Assembly (NCBI GenBank): GCA_951406725.2
Contig: OX597814.1
Coordinates: forward strand, 47,182,001-47,246,000
Length of the DNA stretch: 64,000 bases
Reading direction: 5' to 3'
From: Octopus vulgaris
Taxonomy: Eukaryota
Shown here: positions 53,101-64,000 of the stretch, in pieces
Layout of the letters: each line of letters begins with the position of its first letter
How positions within the stretch are numbered: the stretch's first letter is position 1
The notes under the pieces: generated by a model
What the model saw: the letters and a program-made list of their open reading frames with translations, nothing else
Database searches by the model: none
Told to the model about the DNA's origin: nothing
Program-made: the position numbers and the translations under genes

Positions 53101-53163
53101 CCTCCACTTTTTTTTTTAATGACTCCTTCACTGTTCACTTTCTCTGCATCATCATCATCATCA

Positions 53164-53199
<36 letters not shown>

Positions 53200-53203
<4 letters not shown>

Positions 53204-53610
53204 ATGTCGTATTTGTAATGCTATTGATCCTGATCTATCTTCTAAATTGGATTCACTCATCGTTGTCATGTGGCTTCCTTGTCTCTTTTCTATAAGTATT
53301 TTCATGGACATTGTTCAGCTGAGCTCTCTTCTCTGGTTCCTCCTTTAAGAACTTATCAGCAATCGACTAGACTTGCATCCAGTTCTCATCAGTATACTGT
53401 GCAACCTCCTAATTGTCATAAAGCACTTTACAGTACCAGCTTCTTCCCTCGCACCTCTGAACTTTGGAATTCCCTTCCACAGTCTTGTTTTCCTCTTCGA
53501 TATGACCTCTCACCTATTGACTTCTGTCTAGCGTCCGTTTTATTCTAGCAGCTCTTACGTTTTCAGTGGTCTAAGGACCTTGTAATGAGCAAATGCTTTA
53601 AACAAAAAAA
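53200..53610 (+). mobile_element. LINE ORF2 C-terminal remnant
   Basis: ASLSLFYKYFHGHCSAELSSLVPP...SFFPRTSELWNSLP is a typical CR1/L2/Jockey-group C-terminus. Confidence 0.8.
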
Positions 53611-54039
53611 ATTATTGTGCATGTACTTTTGGTTACTTTTTCTGATGAGTTGTTGTGTACATGTGCATTGTATACAATAAGTTCAGTATTATTATTATAA
53701 ATTATTTTCAACAACAATACATAACTAAATTTCCTGAAAATAATAGAAGTAAATTTTTTTGTATGTATTTTCTATTTTAAGCCACCTATTTGTTATATTT
53801 TTCTATTTTTCTTCCTTGCTTTTATATTTTACTAAATGCTATATATTATATTTAAAAATTACATAATATTTTCTCAAGGCGAAACCATTATTTTCCCTTA
53901 AGTGGGTTTATTCTATATTATTGAAAATTATAAGTAAATTTCAATAAACTATTGGGTAGTGTTTGAAGCATTACAAGAGGTGTTTACAATTGAGTGTCTT
54001 AACCATTTCATTATTATATTTTTTGTAAAATACACTATA

Positions 54040-54610
54040 TTCCACTGGATGGGTAATGTTAGTGTGCATGCATGGGTATAAGAGGCCTCAGATGTCATGT
54101 GCAACAGAGAAGATTGTGTTGGTTTGGTCATGTGATGCATATGGATGAGGACAGCTGCATAAAGAAGTGCCTAGCTCTAATTGTGGAGGGTACCTGTGGA
54201 GGGGATAGACCCAAAAAGACATGAGACAAAGTGATGAGAAAGGATCATCAGATGCTGGGCCTCACTGAGGAAATGACAAAGGACTGGGAGACGGCGATTT
54301 GCTGTACTTGTGGAGACGTGTCAAACTAAGTAATATCGCTGTCTTCCACATATACAGACATGCACCTTTCAGGTGCCAGTGCTACTTAAACAGACCTGTG
54401 CCAGTGCTGCATAAATACACCTGTGCTAGTGGCATGTAAAAAGCACCCAGCACTCTCTGTTCAATGGTTGGCGTTAGGATGGGCATCCAGCCATAGAAAC
54501 AATGCCACAACAGACAATGGGTGTCTGCCCAACTCCATGTCAAACCGTCCAACCCATGCCAGCACAGAAAGCGGACATTAAATGGTAGTGGTGGTGGTGG
54601 TGACGACGAC
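54040..54610 (+). mobile_element. RTE-clade LINE 3' end (ORF C-terminus plus 3' UTR); apparent parent of the abundant RTE-tail repeat
   Basis: WFGHVM.MDEDSCIKKC..LIVEGTCG..RPKKT* (cf. LRWFGHV...RGRGRPRKTW), followed by the same aaaagcaccc...ttggcgttagga.gggcatccagc...aacccatgc tail seen in many short copies. Confidence 0.82.
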
Positions 54611-56461
54611 ACTGACTTTGTTTTAATTAATTATTAAAATAATGACTCATTTAAAAAATATAATTTTGTCATTATTAAGCTGTTGCTTAGAAAATAAATT
54701 ATTGAAATTTTTGATGAGAAGTCCTTTAGAAAAGGTAGCTTGTATCCCTAGAACTTAGAGTGATCTTAGCTAGAGTTGTATGTAAACAAAGATCAGCTTC
54801 GGGCATATACGATTGTAAGAGGGAATAAGTCATAGATAGAGCTTAGGCTAGGGAAACGTGCTTCTCAATAATTGGCGGATTTAGTAGCTGTCAAATCTTT
54901 CTCAAAATAATTTTGTTTTTTAAATGAAAATCATGTCTTATGTTGGCACAATAAAGTAACAGTCTCTATACTTTAAAACACTCAGGTATTATTTGAGAAG
55001 GGAAATAACTGAGAATAATTTATATTATGTATTTTACTCAGTTGTGTCCCTTCTTAATAGCCTGCGAGGAATTTCTCCAAATAGTGTGCCATAAGAGATA
55101 ACTAAAAGGGTCACAATCAGGGAGAGCATGCTACTGTAAAGCACCGTTTCAGAAAAATCCCGTCCCACTCATGCTAGCATGGATAAGCAGGCATAAAAAT
55201 GATGGTGTATATACTCAAACGTATACGAAGAAATATTTCTATATATTATCGTTTAATTTTTAAATGCCTTTCTTAAGTCTACAATATTATTGATTTCCTT
55301 TACTCATTAAATATTATTATTATTTCATCAAAATGCTAATCTATTTTGTTTATATTAAAGAAATGATGTTTCAAAATTATAAACTCGAAAATAAGTTTAT
55401 AGTTATTCACCACATCTTTGCTCCATTCAATGCTAACCCACATAAGAGCATCCTTTTTTAAGTTTTCAATGAAACAATTAATTGTTTCATTTTTGGATTT
55501 GGTTTGCAAGATTCTTTTTATGAGTTCGTGTGTTGAAGCATATTCTGTTGTGTCTGGGGAGAGTCATTTTCTTTTTGTACCTTATAATGTAACACACTCA
55601 CCGGTAAAATTTCTTATTTTTATTTTCCTAAAATTTTTGTTGTGTCTTGCAACCTTTTCAATAGTCTTAACTATTGTTATTATTTCTAAAAGACGATACT
55701 TTTTGGATGGGCACAACTATACAGTTGTGAAGTTCTTCTCCATGACCCCTGAGAGAAATGTGCAAAATACCATTTCATGATTGTGTTTGTGCATGAGAGA
55801 GAGAAACTATGTATATACTAGTTTAAATCCATCATGAGTACCATATAGGTATTTCTGTCACTAAAGAAAGATAGTGCTTTAAAAGTAATGCAAGTATATG
55901 ATAAAACAAAATTCATAAAATGAGTAGTAGTTTAAGTACTAGTGTTGATATAAATAACTAAAAATACTTAGCATGGCTGCAATCCAGTGAGTGAAACCAG
56001 TAAAAGTATAATCAAATATAGTATAAAGAGAATCATCATCATTGTTTTTATGTCTACTTTTTAATGCTTGCATCAGTCAGATGAGAGTGCACTATGACAG
56101 AGTTTTCTACAGACAGGTGCCTTTCCTGTTACCTACCCCTACTTGTTTCAAAGGAACATAATAATTTCCTTATCTATCAAACAACAAATAGCCCAGACAT
56201 GCTTTCATGGTGGACTGCAAGCAAACAATACTGCCAGCAGGTCAATGTTTACAACCAGTATACATAGGTGAAGACCATGGAAATAAAAACTTACACATGT
56301 ACACACACACACACACAGATTTTTATTAATACTGAAGCTGAAAGTTTCCAAAGATCATAGTGGTAAGAAACTCTAGTTATGACAGATTCTTTGCTTCAAT
56401 TTTAATAAAAAATTATATCCTCTGTAACATGTATTGGGCACTCTTTTCTTATTAAGCAACA

Positions 56462-56517
<56 letters not shown>

Positions 56518-56616
56518 ATCCAAACAAGAAAACACAGAAAAAAAGAGAAAAAACAGCAACGCGAGGACGTGGAACAATTAAAGTATTATTGACACTCAGG
56601 AAAGAAGGGAATGAGG

Positions 56617-56651
56617 GTTTAACGTTTCGAGCGGAGCTCTTCGTCGGAAAC
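56617..56651 (-). ncRNA. Minimal hammerhead-like motif within a Penelope-like remnant (~56515-56726)
   Basis: Minus strand reads GTTT-CCGACGA-A-GAGC-tcc-GCTC-GAAA-CG-TT-AAAC. Perfect stem I (GTTT/AAAC) and stem II (GAGC/GCTC); the core has U4 changed to C. Confidence 0.55.
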
Positions 56652-56743
56652 AAGGAGAAGGAAAGATCCCAAGAAGGGAAGACAGAGGAAAAAATATTTT
56701 TGCTGGTGGTGCTCAAGAGATCACATATAAACACACACACACA

Positions 56744-57800
56744 TACTGGGTGTTTGGGCTAAATTTGACAGTTTGCATAAAAGGTAAAGAAAACACAATA
56801 TCCTATCCAAAGATTAATTTATTTAAAAAATTTTTTTAAATAACTAAATTATGGCTGGGAGATAACAGTTTCCTCAAAGTAGCCACCTTCAGCTTCTACC
56901 ATGCCCTCAGACAGCTCCAGATCCTGGCACATGCATTCCTTGCTGTATCCCTGGAAAGATCTTTTAATACCTCCTTTATCTTATCTTTAATATCTCCTTT
57001 ATATTATAATACACGCCATGTATCATTGTCTATGATACTACAATTAGGGCAGTTAGGAATCCAGAAATTGGAGCTGGTGGAGTCACAGAAATTCTCTGAC
57101 AACCATATCTGACTCTTTTTGGCAATATGGCAAGGAGCCAAATCTTGCTGCCATGCATATGGCCTTCCAGCGGCAACCCTCTCCAGTCAAGGTTTGAAAA
57201 CAGTCTGCAGCAGCTTTACACAGCTAAATTGTGCCTAAGGTCCTGTTTGAAGATGTGGGGTAGCATGACCTCATTGTCACTGGAGACACATCCAAAGACC
57301 ATCACAGTTTGGGGGAATTTAATTTTCATATGTGGGACATCATAAAGATTGTTGTTCTGGATGTTGTGCAACTAGTCCTGGTTGAGGTTTTTTTCATCTG
57401 AGAAGAACTAGATCATCCCTGGCTAACAGGATGCCTCAGCTCCTTCAGGATTTTCTTTGTTCCATTAAGCAATTCTCTTTAGCCTTAGCTGTCAAAATTT
57501 GTTCTTTGCACCTCTTGTAGCAAAGATCCTCGTTCAAGGCTAGCTTCATGGTGGTGACTCCAACACCAAAGCCCAGTTTCCCTTGCTTGGATCTTCCATT
57601 ATCTTGTCTTGCAGTTGTTGGATGCATTCTGGTGTACAGATGTACTCAGAATTCCTGGCACAAATCATAACACAGGTAACTCTTTTCCATTATTCAGGTG
57701 GCTTCCAATTCTCCATGTCAGTTAACTTTTCTCAGCTACAACTTTAATCATTATGCTCTACAACGCCATTAACTATTCACCAATATATCTGGCTGTTCTT
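56744..57800 (-). mobile_element. Decayed Tc1/mariner-superfamily transposase remnant
   Basis: Minus strand reads GRPYAWQQDLAPCHIAKKSQIWLSENF...FWIPNCPNC, resembling the QQDSAPxH...WPPNSPDxNP catalytic region; stops and frameshifts present. Confidence 0.75.
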
Positions 57801-58077
57801 GAAAAAGAGGGACTTTAAAAAAATTGTTAAATATATAGATTTGATGATTTCAGTTTCCATCTACCAAATCCACTCACAAGGCTTTAGATGGCCAGCCAGA
57901 GTTATAGCAGAAAATTCTTGCCCATGGTATCATGCAGTGGGATTGAACTTAAAACTACATGGCTGGGGATTGAACTTCCATACAGCCATACTTATCTTAC
58001 TATTACTAATCTTCTCTCAATCTTTTTTTTTTCTACTTCGTATGACTATCTGTTATTCTTTTTTTTAATATTTCCAG

Positions 58078-58114
58078 AGATCCAGAAAGCCTGTATTTAG
58101 CAAGTTCATCTAAG
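58078..58114 (+). CDS. NLE1: NLE1 exon 7 (37 nt; gene continues beyond the right edge)
   Basis: Long pyrimidine tract and tttccag| acceptor, donor AAG|gtaatt. Phase 2 in, encodes (L)DPESLYLASSSK (human NPECRYVASSSK). Confidence 0.9.
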
Positions 58115-59691
58115 GTAATTCTCATCATTGACAATCTCCTACAATTTTACTTATTATACTTTGTCACTTAGGCAGCGCATATATCATATTATTACTTGTA
58201 GTATGTGTAAAGTGATTCAATTATTGCAAAATATTGTCCAGTTATCGACATTGGCGTGATGTCTCTTCCTTAAAATACTTATCTAATCTTTGTCATAAAC
58301 GAATATGAAAAATATCCTCTTATCTTTTATAGTGTTGTTAAGTAGCACCCAGTTTTCTTTGTTTAACAATATGGGCTGCAGTGTTTAATTGTGTATAGCA
58401 TCATAATGATGTCACCTTTTAACCTGGTACTTATCCTTCCTCTCGTAATCAAGATAGATATATTTTATTTGTTTATGTCATTAGACTGCAGCCATGCTGG
58501 GGCACCACCTTGAGGAATTTTTAGTTGAACTAATCAACCTAAGTACTTATGTTCTATTTTTTTTTAAGCATGTACTTATTCTTTCGGTCTCTTTTGCCAA
58601 ACCGCTAATTTATGGGGATGTAAACACACCAACACTGGTTGTCAAGTAGTGGTTAGTGACAAACACACATACACATATACATATACGGTGGGGTTTTTTT
58701 TTCTTTTAGTTTCCGTCTATCAAATCCACTCACAAAGCTTTGGGCGGCCCGAAGCTGTAGTCTATAGTAGAAAACACTTTCCCAAGGTGCCACACAATGG
58801 GAGTGAACCTGGAATCATGTGGTTGGGAAGCAAATTTCTTACCATTCAGCCACACCTGTGCCTATATGCCTTAAATAGCATGTAAAGGGGAAGAACTTTG
58901 AAGGGCTTACTAGAAATTCTACACCCTCTTCTCTCTGTTATAAAATATTTTATTAATATGAAAAGCGAACATCATTAAGTTATGATTTCTAAAATCTTGG
59001 TTTCCATGACATTTTCACCATGTAAGTTGCTTCTAAATAGCCAAGAGGTATAGTCTGGTGGTTCCCACGCCATTTTAGTTTTTGCCTTTTTCCATTCTGA
59101 TTCTGCATATTCTTATCTTATAGCTACATTTACTGGCTTCACAAACTCCAGTTGATGTTTATATATGCTGTACAGTGTATATATTCCATTAGCTTTCACA
59201 TTTAACTCATGACAACGCATGAAGATATTCTCTAGTTATTAGGAATAATGTGGTATTAAATCAGTTTGGAAACTCAACTAATATGCCTTTTTGCCATTTC
59301 GTGTGTGTGTAGAGGGGCAAATTACTTCCTCCTCTATTTGAATTATTTTTGCGTTTCTACAAAATTTTTATCGATTTTAACATTTTCATTATTTACTTTA
59401 AATTATTGTTTAAAAGATTACTAGTTAAAGAAAAGTTGCCTCCCTTAGTTATAAGGGCACGGTATTATTGTTTTAAAGCAAAATTAGCCCATTCTCTGCT
59501 GAAAGTCGTTCCCGCCGTGGGCATCGCGTTCTTCTTGGAACAATAGATGTGATTCAAATAAGATTTCACGACCTCTCGCAGTGGGAATGATAACGTAAAT
59601 GCTTTTCTGTCATTGATGTGAATTAAATATGTAAATATAAGCAAGAGTTACCTCCCTTATTTATTATTTATATTTTTTTCTGAACAAATTA

Positions 59692-60570
59692 TACCGGTTG
59701 TCTTAAAAGTCACTGGTGAGTTTCAATTCTTAATAACTTCCTTACCTGTACATATAAATGCATGAAATTTTGATAAAATATAAAGGACATAATGGAAATT
59801 AATATGCAGTAGTCAAATTTTGCAACACCACTATATCACATGAAAAATGGCATCGTTTAAATGGCAGCCATTTTCGGCTTCCCTTGCCCGTGCTCTTTCA
59901 AAACTTGCACCATAACACCCTCAAGAGTCTCAGAGCCCACTTCTCTGCTTTCTCTATTGATGTTCTTCAGTTGGACCAGGGTCTCCGGTTTGTGAACATA
60001 AACCCTCTCTTTCAGGTACCCCCACAAGAAAAAATCCAGGCTAGTCAAGTCTGGGGAACGTGAAGGCCATCCAAAGTAGTTCCATGGTTCCAGCAAGATG
60101 GGGCAACAGGCTCATACCACAAGAGTAACAATGCAGTTGCTACGGTAGTACTTTGGAGAGAGAATAATCTCCTGCTACGGCAAGGCCAACTGGTCTTCAT
60201 GTTCCCCAGACTTGACTATCCTAGATTTTTTCTTGTGGGAATACCTGAAAGAGAGGGTTTATGTCAACAAACCAGAAACCCTAGTGCAACTGAAGGAGAA
60301 CATCAATAGAGAAATCAGAGACGTAGGGTTCTGAAACTCTTGAGGGTTTTATGGTTTTGGAAAGAGCATGGGCATGTGAAGCCAAAAATGTCTGCCACTT
60401 TAAGCAATGTCATTTTTCATATGTGATGTAGTGGTGTTGCAAAATTTGACTTGTGCATATTAATTTCCATTATGTCCTTTATATTGCAACAAAATTTCAT
60501 GCATTTGTTTGTAAAGTTAAGGAAGTTATTAAAAATTGAAACCCATCATTGACTTTTGGGACATCTTGTA
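59692..60570. mobile_element. Foldback Tc1/mariner derivative (inverted duplication of the transposase 3' end)
   Basis: TA-flanked. Arms ~59692-60069 and ~60190-60570 are diverged reverse complements, each carrying a WPSRSPDLTSLDFFLWGYLKERVY-like segment. The spacer encodes WFQQDGATGHT. Confidence 0.88.
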
Positions 60571-61919
60571 ATTTAAAACAATTTTAGTTTCCTTCATACC
60601 TTTAGAAAGGTGTAGAAGTCTTCCAATTTTTTTGCCACTAATATACAGGGCTTTTTCTGTATGATCAAAGTAAGAAAGAGAAGACATGATTATCTTTGGA
60701 ATCTTGATTATTAGTGTTAAAATGTTCATTTCAGTATTATCAAAATTATTGTAGAATCAACTAAAGTTACAGTTAGAGTTCAGTTTATAAAATAATGGGT
60801 GTGATATCAACAAACTGGAATACTTCAATTGATTTGTCAATATTTTAAACGAAGTCAAAATTTGGTAAAATTATTTGGCTTCGTAATACTCTATCATCAT
60901 CATCATCATCATTTAATGTCCACTTTCCATGCTGGCATGGGTTGGACAGTTTGACTGAGGACTGGCAAACCAGATGGCTGCACCAGGCTCCAATCTGATC
61001 TGGCAGTTTCTACAGCTGGATGCCCTTCCTAACACCAACCACTCCGAGAATGTAGTGGGCGCTTTTACGTGCTACCGCACAAGGTGTTACTGGCTACGGC
61101 CACGCTCAAATGGTGTCTTTTTACATGCCACCTGCACAGGAGCCAGTCCAGCGGCACTGGCAATGACCTTGTTTGAATAGTGTTACAATGAAATAGGTAT
61201 AGGTGATCTTCAGGTGTTACTTCATAGTTTGAAAAGTTGTTATAACTGTTAAACTGTATATATAAATCACACACTTACATGCATGCGCACATACTCATGT
61301 GCATGTATGTATGCATGTACTCTTCTATTTTCTTTGATACAAATTTGAAATAACCATCTGTTAGTGCAAGGAAGCATATGAAAGTTACAAAAGATATAAA
61401 TTTTGAAATAATTCTGTGCTAATAATATTCATGGTTTAGAAATTCAAAATGCTGCTACCAAACCTGCTAAGCATATGAACATGAAGAATTTTGAAGCTAG
61501 TGACAGGCAGTTATCACAATTTAGAAACTACCATGGAATGGGTCATAAAATTACCAGGTGCTACTTTAAAGTGCAGACTACTGCAGTATCTATATTTAGC
61601 ATGCGGTTTACTGCAGTATCCTGTCTACACTGTGAAATTACTTTTAGTGTGCCTTTTAGTCTACTTTTTCTTATCCTTTTACACTTTAGCATGCAATCTA
61701 CCTCCACTATAAGAACTTTATCCTACAAAATGATAAAAACAAATTGAATAATGTTGAATAATGTAATAGCTGTGTGGTACGTGGCTTGCTTACCAACCAC
61801 ATGGTTCCGGGTTCAGTCCCACTGTGTGGCACCTTGGGCAAGTGTCTTCTACTGTAGCCTCGGGCTGACCAAAGCCTTGTGAGTGGATTTTGTAGATGGA
61901 AACTTAAAAAAGCCAGTCG

Positions 61920-61953
<34 letters not shown>

Positions 61954-62893
61954 GGTCTGTGTTTGTCCCCCCAACATTGCTTGACGACCGATGCTGGTGT
62001 GTTTATGTCCCCATAACTTAGCGGTTCGGCAAAAGAGACCAATAGAATAAGTACTAAGCTTACAAAGAATAAGTCCTGGGGTTGATTTGCTCAACTAAAG
62101 GCGGTGCTCCAGCATGGCTGCAGTCAAATAACTGAAACAAGTAGATCGCACACTAAAGTAGGATACTGAGGTACATTGCACGCTGAAGTAGCACCAATTA
62201 CACTAACCCAAGAAATTAAGCCATCCAAAAAGAGATTTAAAATTACTTGAGTATGAACAGTTCCTTATTTCTCGTGTGTATAATAATGATGCAATTGATT
62301 TGTAGTGGTAGTTACTAATTTGCAATACTCAAGCTTTCAAGAATGAAGCCTCTACACTAGATCATAAATTGAGTAAAATACATATTCAAGTATTGTGTTA
62401 CACAAATGCAGGTGGTATACATCATTTAAAGTTAGTGCTAGGAGGCAATCAGCTTCGCCATGAGTTTTGAGACATAGTGTACCAGCTACCACTGCATTGA
62501 TGTGATTCTAAGAAATCATGTTTCAGCATGTTTATCTTTAATGACTGGTTTTCTTCCAGTAGTGTGTAAATATCAGGAAGATGTCTTCAAACTTTTTCCT
62601 TGTTGAGTGAAAAAGTGCTACTGATTTGGGGCTACATGGTCACCCAGTACATTCTAGGTGCCAATTATTACTTTTATGATGAAGGCAACAAGCTGGCAGA
62701 ATTGTTAGCATGCTGGGCAAAATGCATAGTGGCATTTCATCCATCTTTACATTCTGAGTCCAAATTCCACTGAGGTTGACTTTGCTTTTCATCCTTTCAG
62801 GATCAATAAAATAAGTACCAGTTGAGCACTAGGATCGATGTAATTGACTTATCCCTACCCTGAAATTACTGGCCTTGTGCCAGAATTTGAAAC

Positions 62894-62941
<48 letters not shown>

Positions 62942-63222
62942 GAAAACATTGAGGTAGTGGTGATAACTTTTGACAGCAGCAGTAGTGGTAGTAGTAGTAG
63001 TAGTAGTAGTCCTTCTTTTAGTGGTGGTGGTGGTGGAGGGGGGCTTAAGAGGTGATAATTCAAACAGAATGCCAAAATTTGAAATCAGTATTACTTTTAT
63101 AATGTAGCGAATGACTTAGGGCATAATATTAACTTGCAAAAGATGATATGTGTACATTATATAAAGAATAAAATTTTGGTTATGACTGATTATGATTTCT
63201 CTCTCTCTCTCTCGCCATACAG

Positions 63223-63270
<48 letters not shown>

Positions 63271-63423
63271 TTATTTATTTATGAGAGATTTGTATGTTTG
63301 TGTGGTGCTGTGTCTGTGTATATATGCATATATGTATATATATCAATAATACAGTGATTGATTCTTATCAGGAACAAAATGTTTAATAGGACTGCTATAG
63401 AAGTGCTCAATTAAATGAGACAA

Positions 63424-63867
63424 ATATATTAAACTGTGGTTGCAGAACAAACAAATACAAGGTCATCCATGTAACATTTCATATCTCGAACATTTAATCA
63501 CAAAATGCTTTTTCTTTCACATAGAATATACATGTATAACATCACGGAAGATGAAACACAACTCATCAGTACAAGCATATAAGAAAATACAAGAAAGTGC
63601 GTGAATACAGTTCATCTCGGTTAAAATTTAATGATTAATATTTTAGCGATTAAGAAATATATATTTTTTTTAAAAACATTACATCTAGAATAATAAATAC
63701 ATAAAAATATAAGAAAATGTACTGATGAGTTGAGTTTCATCTTCTGTGATGTTATACATGTATATTCTATGTGAAAGAAAAAGCATTTTGTAATTAAATG
63801 TTCGAGATATGAAATGTTACGTGGATGACCTTGTATTCGTTTGTTCTGCAACCACAGTTTAATATAT
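63424..63867. repeat. Near-perfect 150-bp inverted repeat with a 144-bp spacer
   Basis: 63424-63573 versus the reverse complement of 63718-63867; I count about 5 mismatches. Confidence 0.95.
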
Positions 63868-64000
63868 CATCATCATCATTTAACGTCCGTTCTCCATGCT
63901 AGCATGGGTTGGACGGTTCGACTGGGGATCTGGGAAGCCAGAAGGCTGCACCAGGCTCCAGTCTTATTTGGCAATGTTTCTACAGCTGGATGCCCTTCCT

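Noticed and set aside
63720-63745. CTGATGAG in the 63.7-kb inverted repeat as a hammerhead core
   Set aside because: No stem II followed by GAAA at the required spacing.

Overview
AT-rich, microsatellite- and transposon-dense eukaryotic DNA whose SINE/LINE complement looks like an octopus (coleoid cephalopod) genome; the species is an inference. Two multi-exon housekeeping genes lie head-to-head with start codons about 670 bp apart. On the minus strand is mitochondrial ribosomal protein L18 (MRPL18/uL18m; four coding exons at 42717-42642, 31449-31350, 26351-26274 and 4954-4841, with the 3' end beyond the left edge). On the plus strand is Notchless homolog 1 (NLE1/Rsa4; seven coding exons from 43390 to 58114, with the 3' end beyond the right edge). 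Both were assembled by hand with GT-AG junctions and continuous reading phase. The introns hold three recurrent SINE or LINE-tail families, decayed Gypsy, mariner/Tc1, CR1, RTE and HERO-like elements, piggyBac- and pogo-like MITEs, Helitron/Helentron derivatives and several long inverted repeats. The most unusual object is a ~430-bp palindrome (14736-15166) whose unit joins a tRNA-like head to a minimal Penelope-type hammerhead ribozyme motif, one per strand. A second hammerhead-like motif lies at 56617-56651. A recurrent AGTTACYTCCCTT-like motif co-occurs with CpG-retaining patches. Almost all ORFs in the supplied track are repeat artefacts. Repeat boundaries are approximate and family names come from recalled motifs, not database searches.
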